From Roseibacillus sp. (GTDB lineage Bacteria; Verrucomicrobiota; Verrucomicrobiia; Verrucomicrobiales; Akkermansiaceae), in NCBI GenBank assembly GCA_051251855.1, contig JBPOGI010000001.1, positions 544,001 through 608,000 on the forward strand: 64,000 nucleotides of DNA. Direction: 5' to 3'. A program made the position numbers and the translations under genes. The notes beneath the pieces are model-generated. The model made no database searches. It was not told where the DNA came from and worked only from the letters and a program-made list of their open reading frames with translations. Of the stretch, positions 29,402 to 38,603 are shown one piece after another (the first letter of the stretch is position 1; each line of letters starts with the position of its first letter).

Positions 29402-31246
29402 ATGGCTAGTTACACCGAAGACGACATCAAGAGCTTGGATTGGCGCGAACACATTCGTCTGCGCCCTGGCATGTATATTGGTAAGCTGGGCGACGGTTCT
29501 TCGCAGGATGATGGTATCTACATTTTGCTCAAGGAGGTTATCGACAACGCTATCGACGAGTATGTGATGGGCCATGGTAAGGAGATCCACATCGAGATTG
29601 ATGATGAAGGTCGAGTCGAGGTGCGGGACTTTGGTCGGGGGATTCCGCTTGGGAAGCTCTTTGACTGTGCTGCGCAGATTAACACGGGGGCGAAGTATGA
29701 TTCTGAGGCTTTCAAGAAGTCGGTGGGACTGAACGGAGTCGGAATCAAGGCGGTGAACGCCCTGAGTAGCTTCTTTGAGATTCAAGCCTGGCGGGAGGGC
29801 AAGACCAAGGCCATCGAGTTTTCGCAAGGGGGGGTGGTGGACGAGATGAAGAAGCCCAAGGCCGATAAGGGGGTGAATGGCACCCGCTTGGCTTTTGAGG
29901 TGGATACAGAAATTTTCCCGAAGCGTTTGAAGTGGCGTAACAATTTTGTGGAGCGCATGTGCCGCTACTACTCCTTCCTCAATCCTGGACTCTGTTTGGT
30001 ATTCAATGGCACCAAGTATAAGTCCAAGCATGGTCTGCTCGATCTTCTTAAGGAGGAGATGGATGATGAACCCCTCTACGAGCCTATCGTGCTCAAGGGA
30101 TATGATATTGATGTCGTTTTCACTCACACGATGGGCAGTGGTGAGGAGTATTATTCTTTCGTCAATGGTCAGCATACCACGCAGGGAGGAACACATTTGG
30201 CCGCTTTTCGGGAGGCGTTGGTAAAGACGATTCGCGAGTTCTATAAGAAGCAATGGGATCCGGCGGACATTCGGTCGGGGGTTGAGGCTGCGATTAGTAT
30301 CCGAGTCGAGGAGCCCGTCTTTGAAAGTCAGACAAAGACTAAGCTAGGAAGCACCCACATTGCTCCTGATGGTGAGACGGTAAGGACTTTCATTGGTAAC
30401 TTCTTGAAAGAGGAGTTGGACAACTATCTCCATAAGAATAGCGCTGTTGCAGAAGCATTGCAGAAGCGAATCTTGCAAGCAGAGCGCGAGCGTAAGGAGC
30501 TGAAGGGAATTAAGAAGCTTGCGCGTGACCGATCTAAACAAGCTAAATTACATAATAAAAAGTTGCGTGATTGTAAGGCGCACTTTGACACTAAGCACAA
30601 ACGCCGAGAGGCTACTACCATCTTCATTACAGAGGGGGATAGTGCCAGTGGTTCCATTACCAAGTGTCGCGATGTTGAGACTCAGGCCGTGTTTTCGCTA
30701 CGTGGTAAGCCACTCAATACCTTTGGGCTCAGTCGTAAGATCGTCTACGAGAATGAGGAGTTTGCGCTCCTGCAGGCTGCGCTCAATATCGAGGATGGCC
30801 TCGACGGTTTGCGTTATAATCATGTCGTGGTGGCGACGGATGCTGACGTCGATGGAATGCATATCCGGTTGCTGCTACTGACTTTCATTCTGCAGTTCTT
30901 CCCAGAGTTGATTCGGGAAGGGCACCTTTCGATTTTGGAGACGCCGTTGTTCCGCGTAAGGAACAAGAAGAAGACCCATTATTGCTATGACGAGGCTGAG
31001 AAGGATGCCGCTCTGGCGGAGTTGGGGAAGACGGCTGAGGTGACGCGATTTAAGGGGCTCGGGGAGATTTCTCCAGATGAGTTTGGCTTTATGATTGGAC
31101 CTGAAATGCGTCTGGACCCGGTCTTGATGGAGGAAGGGAAGAGTCTCAAGGAGATGCTCACTTTCTACATGGGAAAGAACACCCCGGACCGTCAGGGCTT
31201 CATCATTGAAAACCTGCGTGCCGATGTCGATACCGCCGAAGTCTAG
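29402..31246 (+). CDS. parE: DNA topoisomerase IV subunit B (type IIA topoisomerase B subunit)
   Basis: [64 protein letters not shown]; short 614-aa form. Confidence 0.88.
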   Translation: MASYTEDDIKSLDWREHIRLRPGMYIGKLGDGSSQDDGIYILLKEVIDNAIDEYVMGHGKEIHIEIDDEGRVEVRDFGRGIPLGKLFDCAAQINTGAKYDSEAFKKSVGLNGVGIKAVNALSSFFEIQAWREGKTKAIEFSQGGVVDEMKKPKADKGVNGTRLAFEVDTEIFPKRLKWRNNFVERMCRYYSFLNPGLCLVFNGTKYKSKHGLLDLLKEEMDDEPLYEPIVLKGYDIDVVFTHTMGSGEEYYSFVNGQHTTQGGTHLAAFREALVKTIREFYKKQWDPADIRSGVEAAISIRVEEPVFESQTKTKLGSTHIAPDGETVRTFIGNFLKEELDNYLHKNSAVAEALQKRILQAERERKELKGIKKLARDRSKQAKLHNKKLRDCKAHFDTKHKRREATTIFITEGDSASGSITKCRDVETQAVFSLRGKPLNTFGLSRKIVYENEEFALLQAALNIEDGLDGLRYNHVVVATDADVDGMHIRLLLLTFILQFFPELIREGHLSILETPLFRVRNKKKTHYCYDEAEKDAALAELGKTAEVTRFKGLGEISPDEFGFMIGPEMRLDPVLMEEGKSLKEMLTFYMGKNTPDRQGFIIENLRADVDTAEV

Positions 31247-32379
31247 AGGATGGCGAGAGCTTGATTAAGTTGGTCGATGTCGCTTGGTTTATGAGCTGCA
31301 TTGATCGTGATGCGCAGGCGAGCGGTGTTCTTGGGGACCGTGGGGTAGCGGATAGCCGGAACAATAAGGCCTGCATCGAGGAGTTTTTTTGAGGCGGCAA
31401 GGGCAGCCTCGTTTTCACCTAAGATGCGGGGGATGATGGAGCTAGGACCCAGAGTTGGAGTGTTTGGGAAGTCGAGTAGACTGAGGTTTTGACGCAAGCG
31501 TTCGCGGAGTGTCTGCCCCTCCTGCGAGGAGATGATTTGTAAGGCGGCCAAGGAGGCGGCGACTTGGGCAGGAGGAGGCGCGGTGGAATAGATGAAGGAG
31601 CGTGCCTTGTTGGTGAGAAGGTCTATCCATGTCTGGTTGGCGGCAAGGTAGCCTCCTGCTGAGCCTGCGGCTTTGCCGAGGGTGCCCATTTGAAAGTCGA
31701 CTCTGTTTTGTAGGTTCTCTTTTTCGGCAAGACCGAGGCCACGCTTTCCGAGAATACCGAGGGCGTGGGCTTCATCGAGTAGAAGGAGCGCTCCGTATTT
31801 TTCTTTGAGTTCGACGATCTCAGCCAGTGGGCAGAGGTCTCCATCCATCGAGAAAACGGATTCTGTGACAATGAGAGTTCGAGTGGTGGGGGACGACGAC
31901 TCGCTTGTTTTTCTGAGAATCGCTTCAAGGCGTTCCATATTGTTGTGGGGAAAAACGCGGATGGTGGCACCAGAGAGTTTTGCTGCGTCGATGAGGCAGG
32001 CGTGGCTCAGTTTGTCGAGGATGACGGTGTCGCCCTTTCCTACGACCGCTGGAATGGAGCCCATGGCGGTGCAATAGCCATTGGCAAAGAGACGGGTGTC
32101 GTCGGTTTCTTTGAGTTGGGCAAGGTGCTCTTCTAGCTCACGATGATAGGAGAAGGTTCCGCAGACGAGTCGAGAGGCGGTGGCTCCGGTGCCGTGAAGG
32201 CGGGTGGCCTCTATCGCTGCTTGGCGGAGGGCTGGGTGTTGGGCGAGGCCGAGGTAGTCGTTGGATGAGAAGTTAAGGAGTTTTTCCCGGGAAGAGGGGG
32301 CTTCCGAGTCCCAGACTTTGAGTGAGCGAAGGAGGTCCGCTTGCTGGAGAGCTTCAAGCTCGTGGATTGGAGAACGCAT
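31243..32379 (-). CDS. bioF: 8-amino-7-oxononanoate synthase
   Basis: [53 protein letters not shown] (PLP lysine), AIRYPTVP...RLRIT. Confidence 0.9.
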   Translation of the reverse strand: MRSPIHELEALQQADLLRSLKVWDSEAPSSREKLLNFSSNDYLGLAQHPALRQAAIEATRLHGTGATASRLVCGTFSYHRELEEHLAQLKETDDTRLFANGYCTAMGSIPAVVGKGDTVILDKLSHACLIDAAKLSGATIRVFPHNNMERLEAILRKTSESSSPTTRTLIVTESVFSMDGDLCPLAEIVELKEKYGALLLLDEAHALGILGKRGLGLAEKENLQNRVDFQMGTLGKAAGSAGGYLAANQTWIDLLTNKARSFIYSTAPPPAQVAASLAALQIISSQEGQTLRERLRQNLSLLDFPNTPTLGPSSIIPRILGENEAALAASKKLLDAGLIVPAIRYPTVPKNTARLRITINAAHKPSDIDQLNQALAIL

Positions 32380-32544
32380 TTTTGACTGAAAGAACGGGAG
32401 AATCTTGGCGGCTAGCCTCGAGCTCTGTCGACTCTTTTGCTGAAGAATAGTCCTCGTTCTCGGTTGAAATCGCGGAAATCGGAAAAAGTCACAAGAAAGT
32501 TTTGAGGGCTTGTCATAGAACTTTAAATAGTTTATGACACCAAA

Positions 32545-35193
32545 ATGCTACGCACTCCAAAATATCTTACATTCCTAATGAGTGGTCTAGCGACCGCCTT
32601 TTTGCCTGCGCAGTTCATGATCAACGAGATCGAGGCAGATACTCCGGGTTCAGACACGGGAGAATTCGTTGAAATCTATCGTCTCGATGGTTCAGGCGAC
32701 AGCCTGGCTGGACATGTTCTCGTATTCTTTGATGGCAGCGATCCTTCCGACTCAGTTTATCGAACAGTAGACTTGGGATCGTCTACTTTCGACCCAGGAG
32801 GCTTCTTTGTGATTGGAGGCAGCGACTTCGGTCCCTTTGACGTCGACCTCATGTTCGGTCCTGGTGAGGACTTTATTAAGAATGGGGCCAATGGGGTGGC
32901 TCTCTATTCTGGCTCGACAGCGACAGATTATTTGAGCGGGACCCTGACGATCCCTGTAGCAAACGGGGATTTAGTCGATGTCGTGATTCACCGCGTTGGA
33001 GCTTCTGAGGATGCGAGTCTCGCTGCGACGTTTGGAATCGTGGACCAGCCTGATGAGAATGAGAACTTTGACTCGGCGAATCATTCGATCCAGAGAATAC
33101 CGGATGGAGGCGCCGCCTTTGTTTCAACTGACCCCACTGCGCGCTCAACCAATACTCCACTTCCTCGTATCCAAGTTCTTCCAAGTCCGAATCAGGTCAA
33201 TGAAGATTCAGGGGTAGGGGCATCGACTGTCACCTTGACGCGAGAAGGCGACGTCAGTCAGTCATTGTCTGTCGAAATTCTGGTCTTTCCCTTCGAGCCC
33301 AGTCGCCTCTCCGTTCCTAGTTCCGCTTTTTTTGGCGCTAACGAGTCAACGACGACTTTCACAATCGATACTTTTCAAAATATGAATGTGGATGGAAATG
33401 CCATCTACGAACTCACAGTCTCTGAGGCACTAGGTGGTCCAGGTGGTCCAGGTGGTCCGGGTGGTCCCGGAACGGAAGCCAGTTATCAGAGCGGCACGGC
33501 TAGCCTTGTTCTCAAGGACGATGAGAGTATCTCTCCGACCTTGGTGATAAACGAGATCTTACGAAGTGGCGAGGGAGGTCAAGGGGCAGAGTTTATCGAG
33601 ATCTTTAATGTGGCGAGCATCGTCGACTTATCGAACTATAAGGTGGTGTTTTATGGTGCGGATCCCGATCAGGATTTTGGGGTAGAGCTTTTTTCTGTGA
33701 CGATTCCGAGTGGTTCGCTTGCTGCTGGCGGATTCTATACGATTGGCAACTCGGCTTTGTCTTCTGTCTATGGCGTTAGCCCTGACCTTGAGATTGCTTC
33801 GTTGAACCTGCCAAACGATGATGTCTCGGTTGTTCTTTTCAACTCGGCAGGGAATCCCGAGTTCTCGGTTTTAATGCAGGATGATGAGCGCGACGCGGTG
33901 ACTAATACTGGAGGAGTTCCTCTAGCTGCTGATATTCTGGTGGGTCAGGATGAAGGGGATAATCCGGCAGGATATTTTCTCACCACCAATGGTGGGGCAC
34001 TGGCGCAGATTCTTGAGAGTGTGAATGCCAATGAGGAAGCTGATTCGGCCACTCCAGGGGCCCCCAATGTGGATTCTCCCACGTTGTATCTCACGCGCGA
34101 TTTGGAACTCATTGATGAGGATGACTCGGGGGGCGTCACCTTCACTGTCACTCGTGTTCCCGATACGGTGGGAGATTTGACTGTTTCTATCGGCAATACT
34201 AACAACCTTGAACTGGCTTTACCGGGAACAGTAACGATTCCGAATGGCCAAGCCTCGGCGACTTTTACGGGGATTCCACAGATGGACGGAGTGCGTGATG
34301 GGATTAAATTGGTAGAGATTCAGGTTTCGGCTTCAGGGTATACCTTTGATGCCACTGAAGTGGCGGTGTTAGATTCTGACGTGCCAGATTTGGGGCCGTG
34401 TGATATTGCCTTTGTTGCATCCATTTCTGATGGGCCCAATGAGGTTTTTGCCTTCGTAACTTTGACGGAGATTTTCTCAGGAACGAGGATCACGCTCACC
34501 GATCGGGGTTGGAAGGCGGCAGGAGGGTTCCGAGCAGGAGAAGGTGAGATGAACTGGCTCGCGATTAATGATGTCCCTGTCGGCACGGTGGTGACTTTCA
34601 CGGATAACAGTCCCAATGTAGGAACAGCCAACTCGGGGAGTTTGAATTTGTCGGACAGTGGAGACCAGATTTTTGCCTATCAGGGGAGTGGTTCTTCTCC
34701 GACATTGATTGCTGGAATTCACACGAATGGTGCTTGGGATGCCGATGCCACTGATGCTCATACTTCGGCGCTACCGGCGGCACTGGCGAGTGGAGGAGCT
34801 GTTGCGATTGATCCTGAGCGAAACAATGCCGTCTATACCGGACCGACTTCGGGTACAGTAGCGTCACTCAAGGCGCTCTTGTCTTCGGATAGTAACTTTA
34901 CGTCGGGCAACGATAGTGGCACTGCAGGAGCAATCTTGATTCCAAGCTCTTTTTCGACCAATTCCAGTGTTTTGTATGAGGTTGTGATGGAAGATTTTTC
35001 GCTTTCTCAAGGACAGGTAAACATCTCATTCACTGCGAGTGGTCTCTCGGATATCTATGTTTCTAGTGACCTCGAGAACTGGTCACTGGCCAGTGGAGGA
35101 AAAGATGTCGCGTCGGGATCTTACTCTGACAGTGTGGAGCCTGCAGGAAAGGCTTTCTACTTAGTGCAGGAGGCTGACGCACCAGCTCCTTAA
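32545..35193 (+). CDS. Secreted lamin-tail-domain (LTD) protein with Calx-beta/Ig-like spacers and a C-terminal domain
   Basis: INEIEADTPGSDTGEFVEIY and VINEI...EFIEIFN (two LTDs); VTLTR/VTFTVTR spacers ending in ...DDE; C-terminal SSDLENW...KAFYLVQE. Confidence 0.8.
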   Translation: MLRTPKYLTFLMSGLATAFLPAQFMINEIEADTPGSDTGEFVEIYRLDGSGDSLAGHVLVFFDGSDPSDSVYRTVDLGSSTFDPGGFFVIGGSDFGPFDVDLMFGPGEDFIKNGANGVALYSGSTATDYLSGTLTIPVANGDLVDVVIHRVGASEDASLAATFGIVDQPDENENFDSANHSIQRIPDGGAAFVSTDPTARSTNTPLPRIQVLPSPNQVNEDSGVGASTVTLTREGDVSQSLSVEILVFPFEPSRLSVPSSAFFGANESTTTFTIDTFQNMNVDGNAIYELTVSEALGGPGGPGGPGGPGTEASYQSGTASLVLKDDESISPTLVINEILRSGEGGQGAEFIEIFNVASIVDLSNYKVVFYGADPDQDFGVELFSVTIPSGSLAAGGFYTIGNSALSSVYGVSPDLEIASLNLPNDDVSVVLFNSAGNPEFSVLMQDDERDAVTNTGGVPLAADILVGQDEGDNPAGYFLTTNGGALAQILESVNANEEADSATPGAPNVDSPTLYLTRDLELIDEDDSGGVTFTVTRVPDTVGDLTVSIGNTNNLELALPGTVTIPNGQASATFTGIPQMDGVRDGIKLVEIQVSASGYTFDATEVAVLDSDVPDLGPCDIAFVASISDGPNEVFAFVTLTEIFSGTRITLTDRGWKAAGGFRAGEGEMNWLAINDVPVGTVVTFTDNSPNVGTANSGSLNLSDSGDQIFAYQGSGSSPTLIAGIHTNGAWDADATDAHTSALPAALASGGAVAIDPERNNAVYTGPTSGTVASLKALLSSDSNFTSGNDSGTAGAILIPSSFSTNSSVLYEVVMEDFSLSQGQVNISFTASGLSDIYVSSDLENWSLASGGKDVASGSYSDSVEPAGKAFYLVQEADAPAP
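33433..33468 (+). repeat. In-frame 9-bp tandem repeat (GGTGGTCCN x4) encoding GGP x4
   Basis: ggtggtcca ggtggtcca ggtggtccg ggtggtccc. Confidence 0.9.
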
Positions 35194-35259
35194 TCTCTTG
35201 AAAAACAGCTGCGATTGGTTCGCGGCAAGACTTTCTTACAAGGGTCACTAGGTTCTACA

Positions 35260-35290
35260 GCCTTCTCCTTAGGAGAAGGTCTTTTTTATT
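35260..35290 (+). terminator. Rho-independent terminator after the first LTD gene
   Basis: CCTTCTCC-TTA-GGAGAAGG followed by TCTTTTTTATT. Confidence 0.75.
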
Positions 35291-35427
35291 TTGAGGGATT
35301 TAATGTTAATGTTTTACAGAGCTTTTGTGACGAATTCGTTTCGAGGTTTGGTATTATTTTGGTCGCAATAGGCCCGGTTCCTGCTGAAGGTTGTGGTGAT
35401 CGGGTCGATCAATAACCAACCAACCCC

Positions 35428-37968
35428 ATGAAAACAAAATTCTTCTACGGTCTGATGGCCGCCATTGCTGCTCCGTTTGCCTATTCGCAGACGTTTACGA
35501 TTAACGAGATTGATTCTGATACCCCAGGGACAGATGCCCTCGAATTCATCGAACTCTATGATGGTGGAGTGGGTAATAGTTCTCTCAACGGCCTCGTGCT
35601 AGTTTTGGTGAATGGCTCTGATGACCAAACCTATTCAGACAGCTACGACTTAGATGGCTTCACGACGGACGCGAATGGTTACTTCGTGATTGGGTCGGTT
35701 CCTGAGGCTGACACTCCTTTCGCAGGTGCTACGAATCAGTTGCAGAATGGCGCTGATGCGGTGGCTCTCTATATGGGAGACGCGACGGAGTTTCCGAACG
35801 ACACCATACCAACAGTCACCAATCTGGTTGATGTTGTGCGGTATGGTACGGGAGATGGTAACGATACTGGGTTGGAGGGGATTTTCGGGGGAGACCAGCA
35901 GGATGAAAGTGCGAATGGAAACAATGACATTGAGTCGATTCAGCGCAATCCGGATGGGGCGGCAGCTTTCATTACTTCGGCCCCCACTCCGGGTGCTTCG
36001 AACGACCAAGATCCTATTCTTACTTTGACTCTTGATCCTTCTGCAATCAGCGAGGGTGACGGTGCTCAAGCTTCTTTTGGCCTGGTCATTCTCCCGGAAG
36101 CAGTCACCGCAGACCTCGTGCTTACTATTTCCATTGATGATGGAACGGAGGCTTCTGGTCCTACTTCGGTGACAGTTCTTAGCGGAGATGATTTTGCAGA
36201 GTTCGAGCTTGATGCGGTAGACGATACCGATGTCGATGGCCCTCAATCTGTCGAGATTCGAGTCAGCGCGGCGGGCTATCAAGACGGAGTTGCGACTCTC
36301 ACTGTAGCGGATGACGATTTGGTTTTACCGGATATTGTGATTAACGAGATGCAGGTCAAAGCCAGCGGCTTCGACCCTCAGTTTGTGGAGTTGTATAATA
36401 ATCAGGGAACTGCGGTCGATATCGCAGGGTGGTCTGTGAAAGCGTATGGAAGTGATACCGCTGAGGCTGACTATGGAACTGAGGTGGGTTCTTTCACGAT
36501 TCCTTCAGCGAGCGCTGTGATGCTCGCCCCTGGTGAGTTTTACCTCGTCGGAGATGCCGTTTTTGAAAGTCTTTATGGAGTTGTTCCTGACTTACAAGCA
36601 GAGACTGGGTTTAGTGCTTTCGACATCACAATGATTCTTTTCGATGACGCTGGTAGCGCTGTCTACACGGTCTTGAATGCTGATGACGATGCGACAACTC
36701 AGGCAAACAATGCAGGAGGTCCTGCAGTATCGGATGTATCTGTTACAAGTGGTGACGGTTTCAGTGCTGCCGGTTATTATCTCGATCCGGATGGAGGAAC
36801 TTCGGCATCCGTCTTCGGTTTCTTCGACCCTCAACCAGCAGCGGAGGCAACTCCGGGACAAACAAATAGCGTCTTCATTGAGCGTTTGCGGTTGGATTTG
36901 GACACCACCTTTTTTACTGAGGTAGATGGAACGGGTGTTGCAACAGCCACTATCACTCGGGTCAACAATACAAGCGGAGATCTTGTCGTTACTCTCGATA
37001 GTGCGGACACCAGTGAGGTGGTGTTTCAGTCAGCGACTGTCACCATCCTTGATGGTGATGAGACTGCGACTGTATTGCTAGATGCCGTGGACGATTCTGA
37101 CGAAGACGGCCTCCAAGAGGTTCTACTCACCGTCAGCGCTGCAGGTTTCCTTGAAGCGACAAAGTCAGTCTCTGTTGCAGATGACGAGACAACTATGGGA
37201 GCTTCCGATATTCTCTTTACTCAGATTTACGAGGGAAGTGGTAATAACAAGCATTTGGAAATCAGTAACGTCGGGGCGAGCGCGATTACTCTTGATGGTT
37301 GGTCCTTCACGATTTGGGTGAACGCGAGAACGGAAGACTGGAAGACGGCAACGGCATCTAGCGACCCCATTCAAGACCTGTCAGGAATAACGATTCCCGC
37401 TGGAGGAAGTATTGTCTTTTCTAACGCGAATGCGGTGGACCCGAGCGGGATTACATCGACAACGAGTTCTGCTATTAATCATAACGGCGATGACTCATAC
37501 GCTCTTTATAACGGAGCGCTCAACCCTGCAAATCTTGTGGATGTGATCAGCTTTACCGATGTTGGAAACGAGGGGTCGAATACGAGTTTTGTCAGAGCGA
37601 CTCTCGACACGGGCTGGAATACAACTCCAGGTTCTAATATTACCGATTTCCCTTCTGTTTGGACAGAGGTGGACACCGCTACTGTGGATGTCGCAATGAC
37701 TGGCGATACGAATTACCTGGGCTTCTGGGCACTCGGGACCGCAACAGCTTACGAGGTAGAAATCGTCGACTGTTCCGCTTCAGGTGGTCAGTTCGTGATT
37801 AACTTTACGGCTACAGGGAATTCTGACGTTTATGTTTCGACAGACCTTGAAAACTGGGTTGGTGCCACCAACGGAGCGGGAGTCGCTTCGGGAACTTACA
37901 CTGATACAGCCCCTCCAGGAGCGAAGGCGTTCTACTTGATTCAAGAAGCTGGCACTGCCGCGCCTTAG
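35428..37968 (+). CDS. Secreted lamin-tail-domain protein (three LTDs), paralog of the upstream gene
   Basis: INEIDSDTPGTDALEFIELY; VINEMQV...QFVELYN; LFTQIYEGSGNNKHLEISN; C-terminal STDLENW...KAFYLIQE. Confidence 0.82.
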   Translation: MKTKFFYGLMAAIAAPFAYSQTFTINEIDSDTPGTDALEFIELYDGGVGNSSLNGLVLVLVNGSDDQTYSDSYDLDGFTTDANGYFVIGSVPEADTPFAGATNQLQNGADAVALYMGDATEFPNDTIPTVTNLVDVVRYGTGDGNDTGLEGIFGGDQQDESANGNNDIESIQRNPDGAAAFITSAPTPGASNDQDPILTLTLDPSAISEGDGAQASFGLVILPEAVTADLVLTISIDDGTEASGPTSVTVLSGDDFAEFELDAVDDTDVDGPQSVEIRVSAAGYQDGVATLTVADDDLVLPDIVINEMQVKASGFDPQFVELYNNQGTAVDIAGWSVKAYGSDTAEADYGTEVGSFTIPSASAVMLAPGEFYLVGDAVFESLYGVVPDLQAETGFSAFDITMILFDDAGSAVYTVLNADDDATTQANNAGGPAVSDVSVTSGDGFSAAGYYLDPDGGTSASVFGFFDPQPAAEATPGQTNSVFIERLRLDLDTTFFTEVDGTGVATATITRVNNTSGDLVVTLDSADTSEVVFQSATVTILDGDETATVLLDAVDDSDEDGLQEVLLTVSAAGFLEATKSVSVADDETTMGASDILFTQIYEGSGNNKHLEISNVGASAITLDGWSFTIWVNARTEDWKTATASSDPIQDLSGITIPAGGSIVFSNANAVDPSGITSTTSSAINHNGDDSYALYNGALNPANLVDVISFTDVGNEGSNTSFVRATLDTGWNTTPGSNITDFPSVWTEVDTATVDVAMTGDTNYLGFWALGTATAYEVEIVDCSASGGQFVINFTATGNSDVYVSTDLENWVGATNGAGVASGTYTDTAPPGAKAFYLIQEAGTAAP

Positions 37969-37992
37969 GGCGAGGTGCTCCAAGAATTTTTC

Positions 37993-38026
37993 AAAACCCG
38001 AGGCTCTCTTGAGTCTCGGGTTTTTT
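37993..38026. terminator. Rho-independent terminator, probably bidirectional
   Basis: AAAACCCGAGGCTC-TCTT-GAGTCTCGGGTTTTTT between convergent genes. Confidence 0.85.
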
Positions 38027-38061
38027 CGTGTGAAGAGTGGGGAGAGTGTTCTTGAGAGGAA

Positions 38062-38457
38062 TTAGCTTTCTCGATTGAGGGTGTCGATCTTGCCGTTCAA
38101 GGTGCAAAAATCGTAGGCCCAACCAATGCCGAACAAGCCTCCGGTGAAGAGCCAGAGAAGGCCGGTACCCCACTTTCTCAAGTAGAAACGATGAATGCCA
38201 AGGTAGCCTAGGAAGGTTTGGAGAATCCAAGAAATGTCGTAGTCGTACTGCCCCTTGGTGAATCGATGGTCGGCCTTGCTATCCATACTAGGAATCAGAA
38301 AGAGGTCGATGATCCAACCCACGAGGAAAAGTCCTCCGGTCAAAAGCCAGATAACGCCGGTGATGGGCCGTCCGTAGTAAAATCTGTGGGCACCAGTGAA
38401 TCCGAAGATCCAAAGGAGGTAACCAATCGTCTTTGAGTGGGTGTCGTTGTTGTTCAT
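38062..38457 (-). CDS. TM2 domain membrane protein (two TM2 repeats)
   Basis: GYLLWIFGFTGAHRFYYG and FLGYLGIHRFYL...GGLFGIGW; ATG at 38457. Confidence 0.88.
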   Translation of the reverse strand: MNNNDTHSKTIGYLLWIFGFTGAHRFYYGRPITGVIWLLTGGLFLVGWIIDLFLIPSMDSKADHRFTKGQYDYDISWILQTFLGYLGIHRFYLRKWGTGLLWLFTGGLFGIGWAYDFCTLNGKIDTLNRES

Positions 38458-38603
38458 AGGGCCAAGATAGGGGAGGCACGAGTTTGTGCCATTGCAGAAG
38501 GCGGTGGATTTTGCACCATAGCCGTCAATTTGTTGAAATGGAGTCATTGGGCGTAAAATCCCTTCGCTAAGCTCCGTTGTATCTCCCAGACTCACTTTCC
38601 CCT

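Noticed and set aside
29099..30253. 384-aa minus-strand ORF
   Set aside because: Antisense shadow of parE with no recognisable motifs; expected from codon bias of the real gene.
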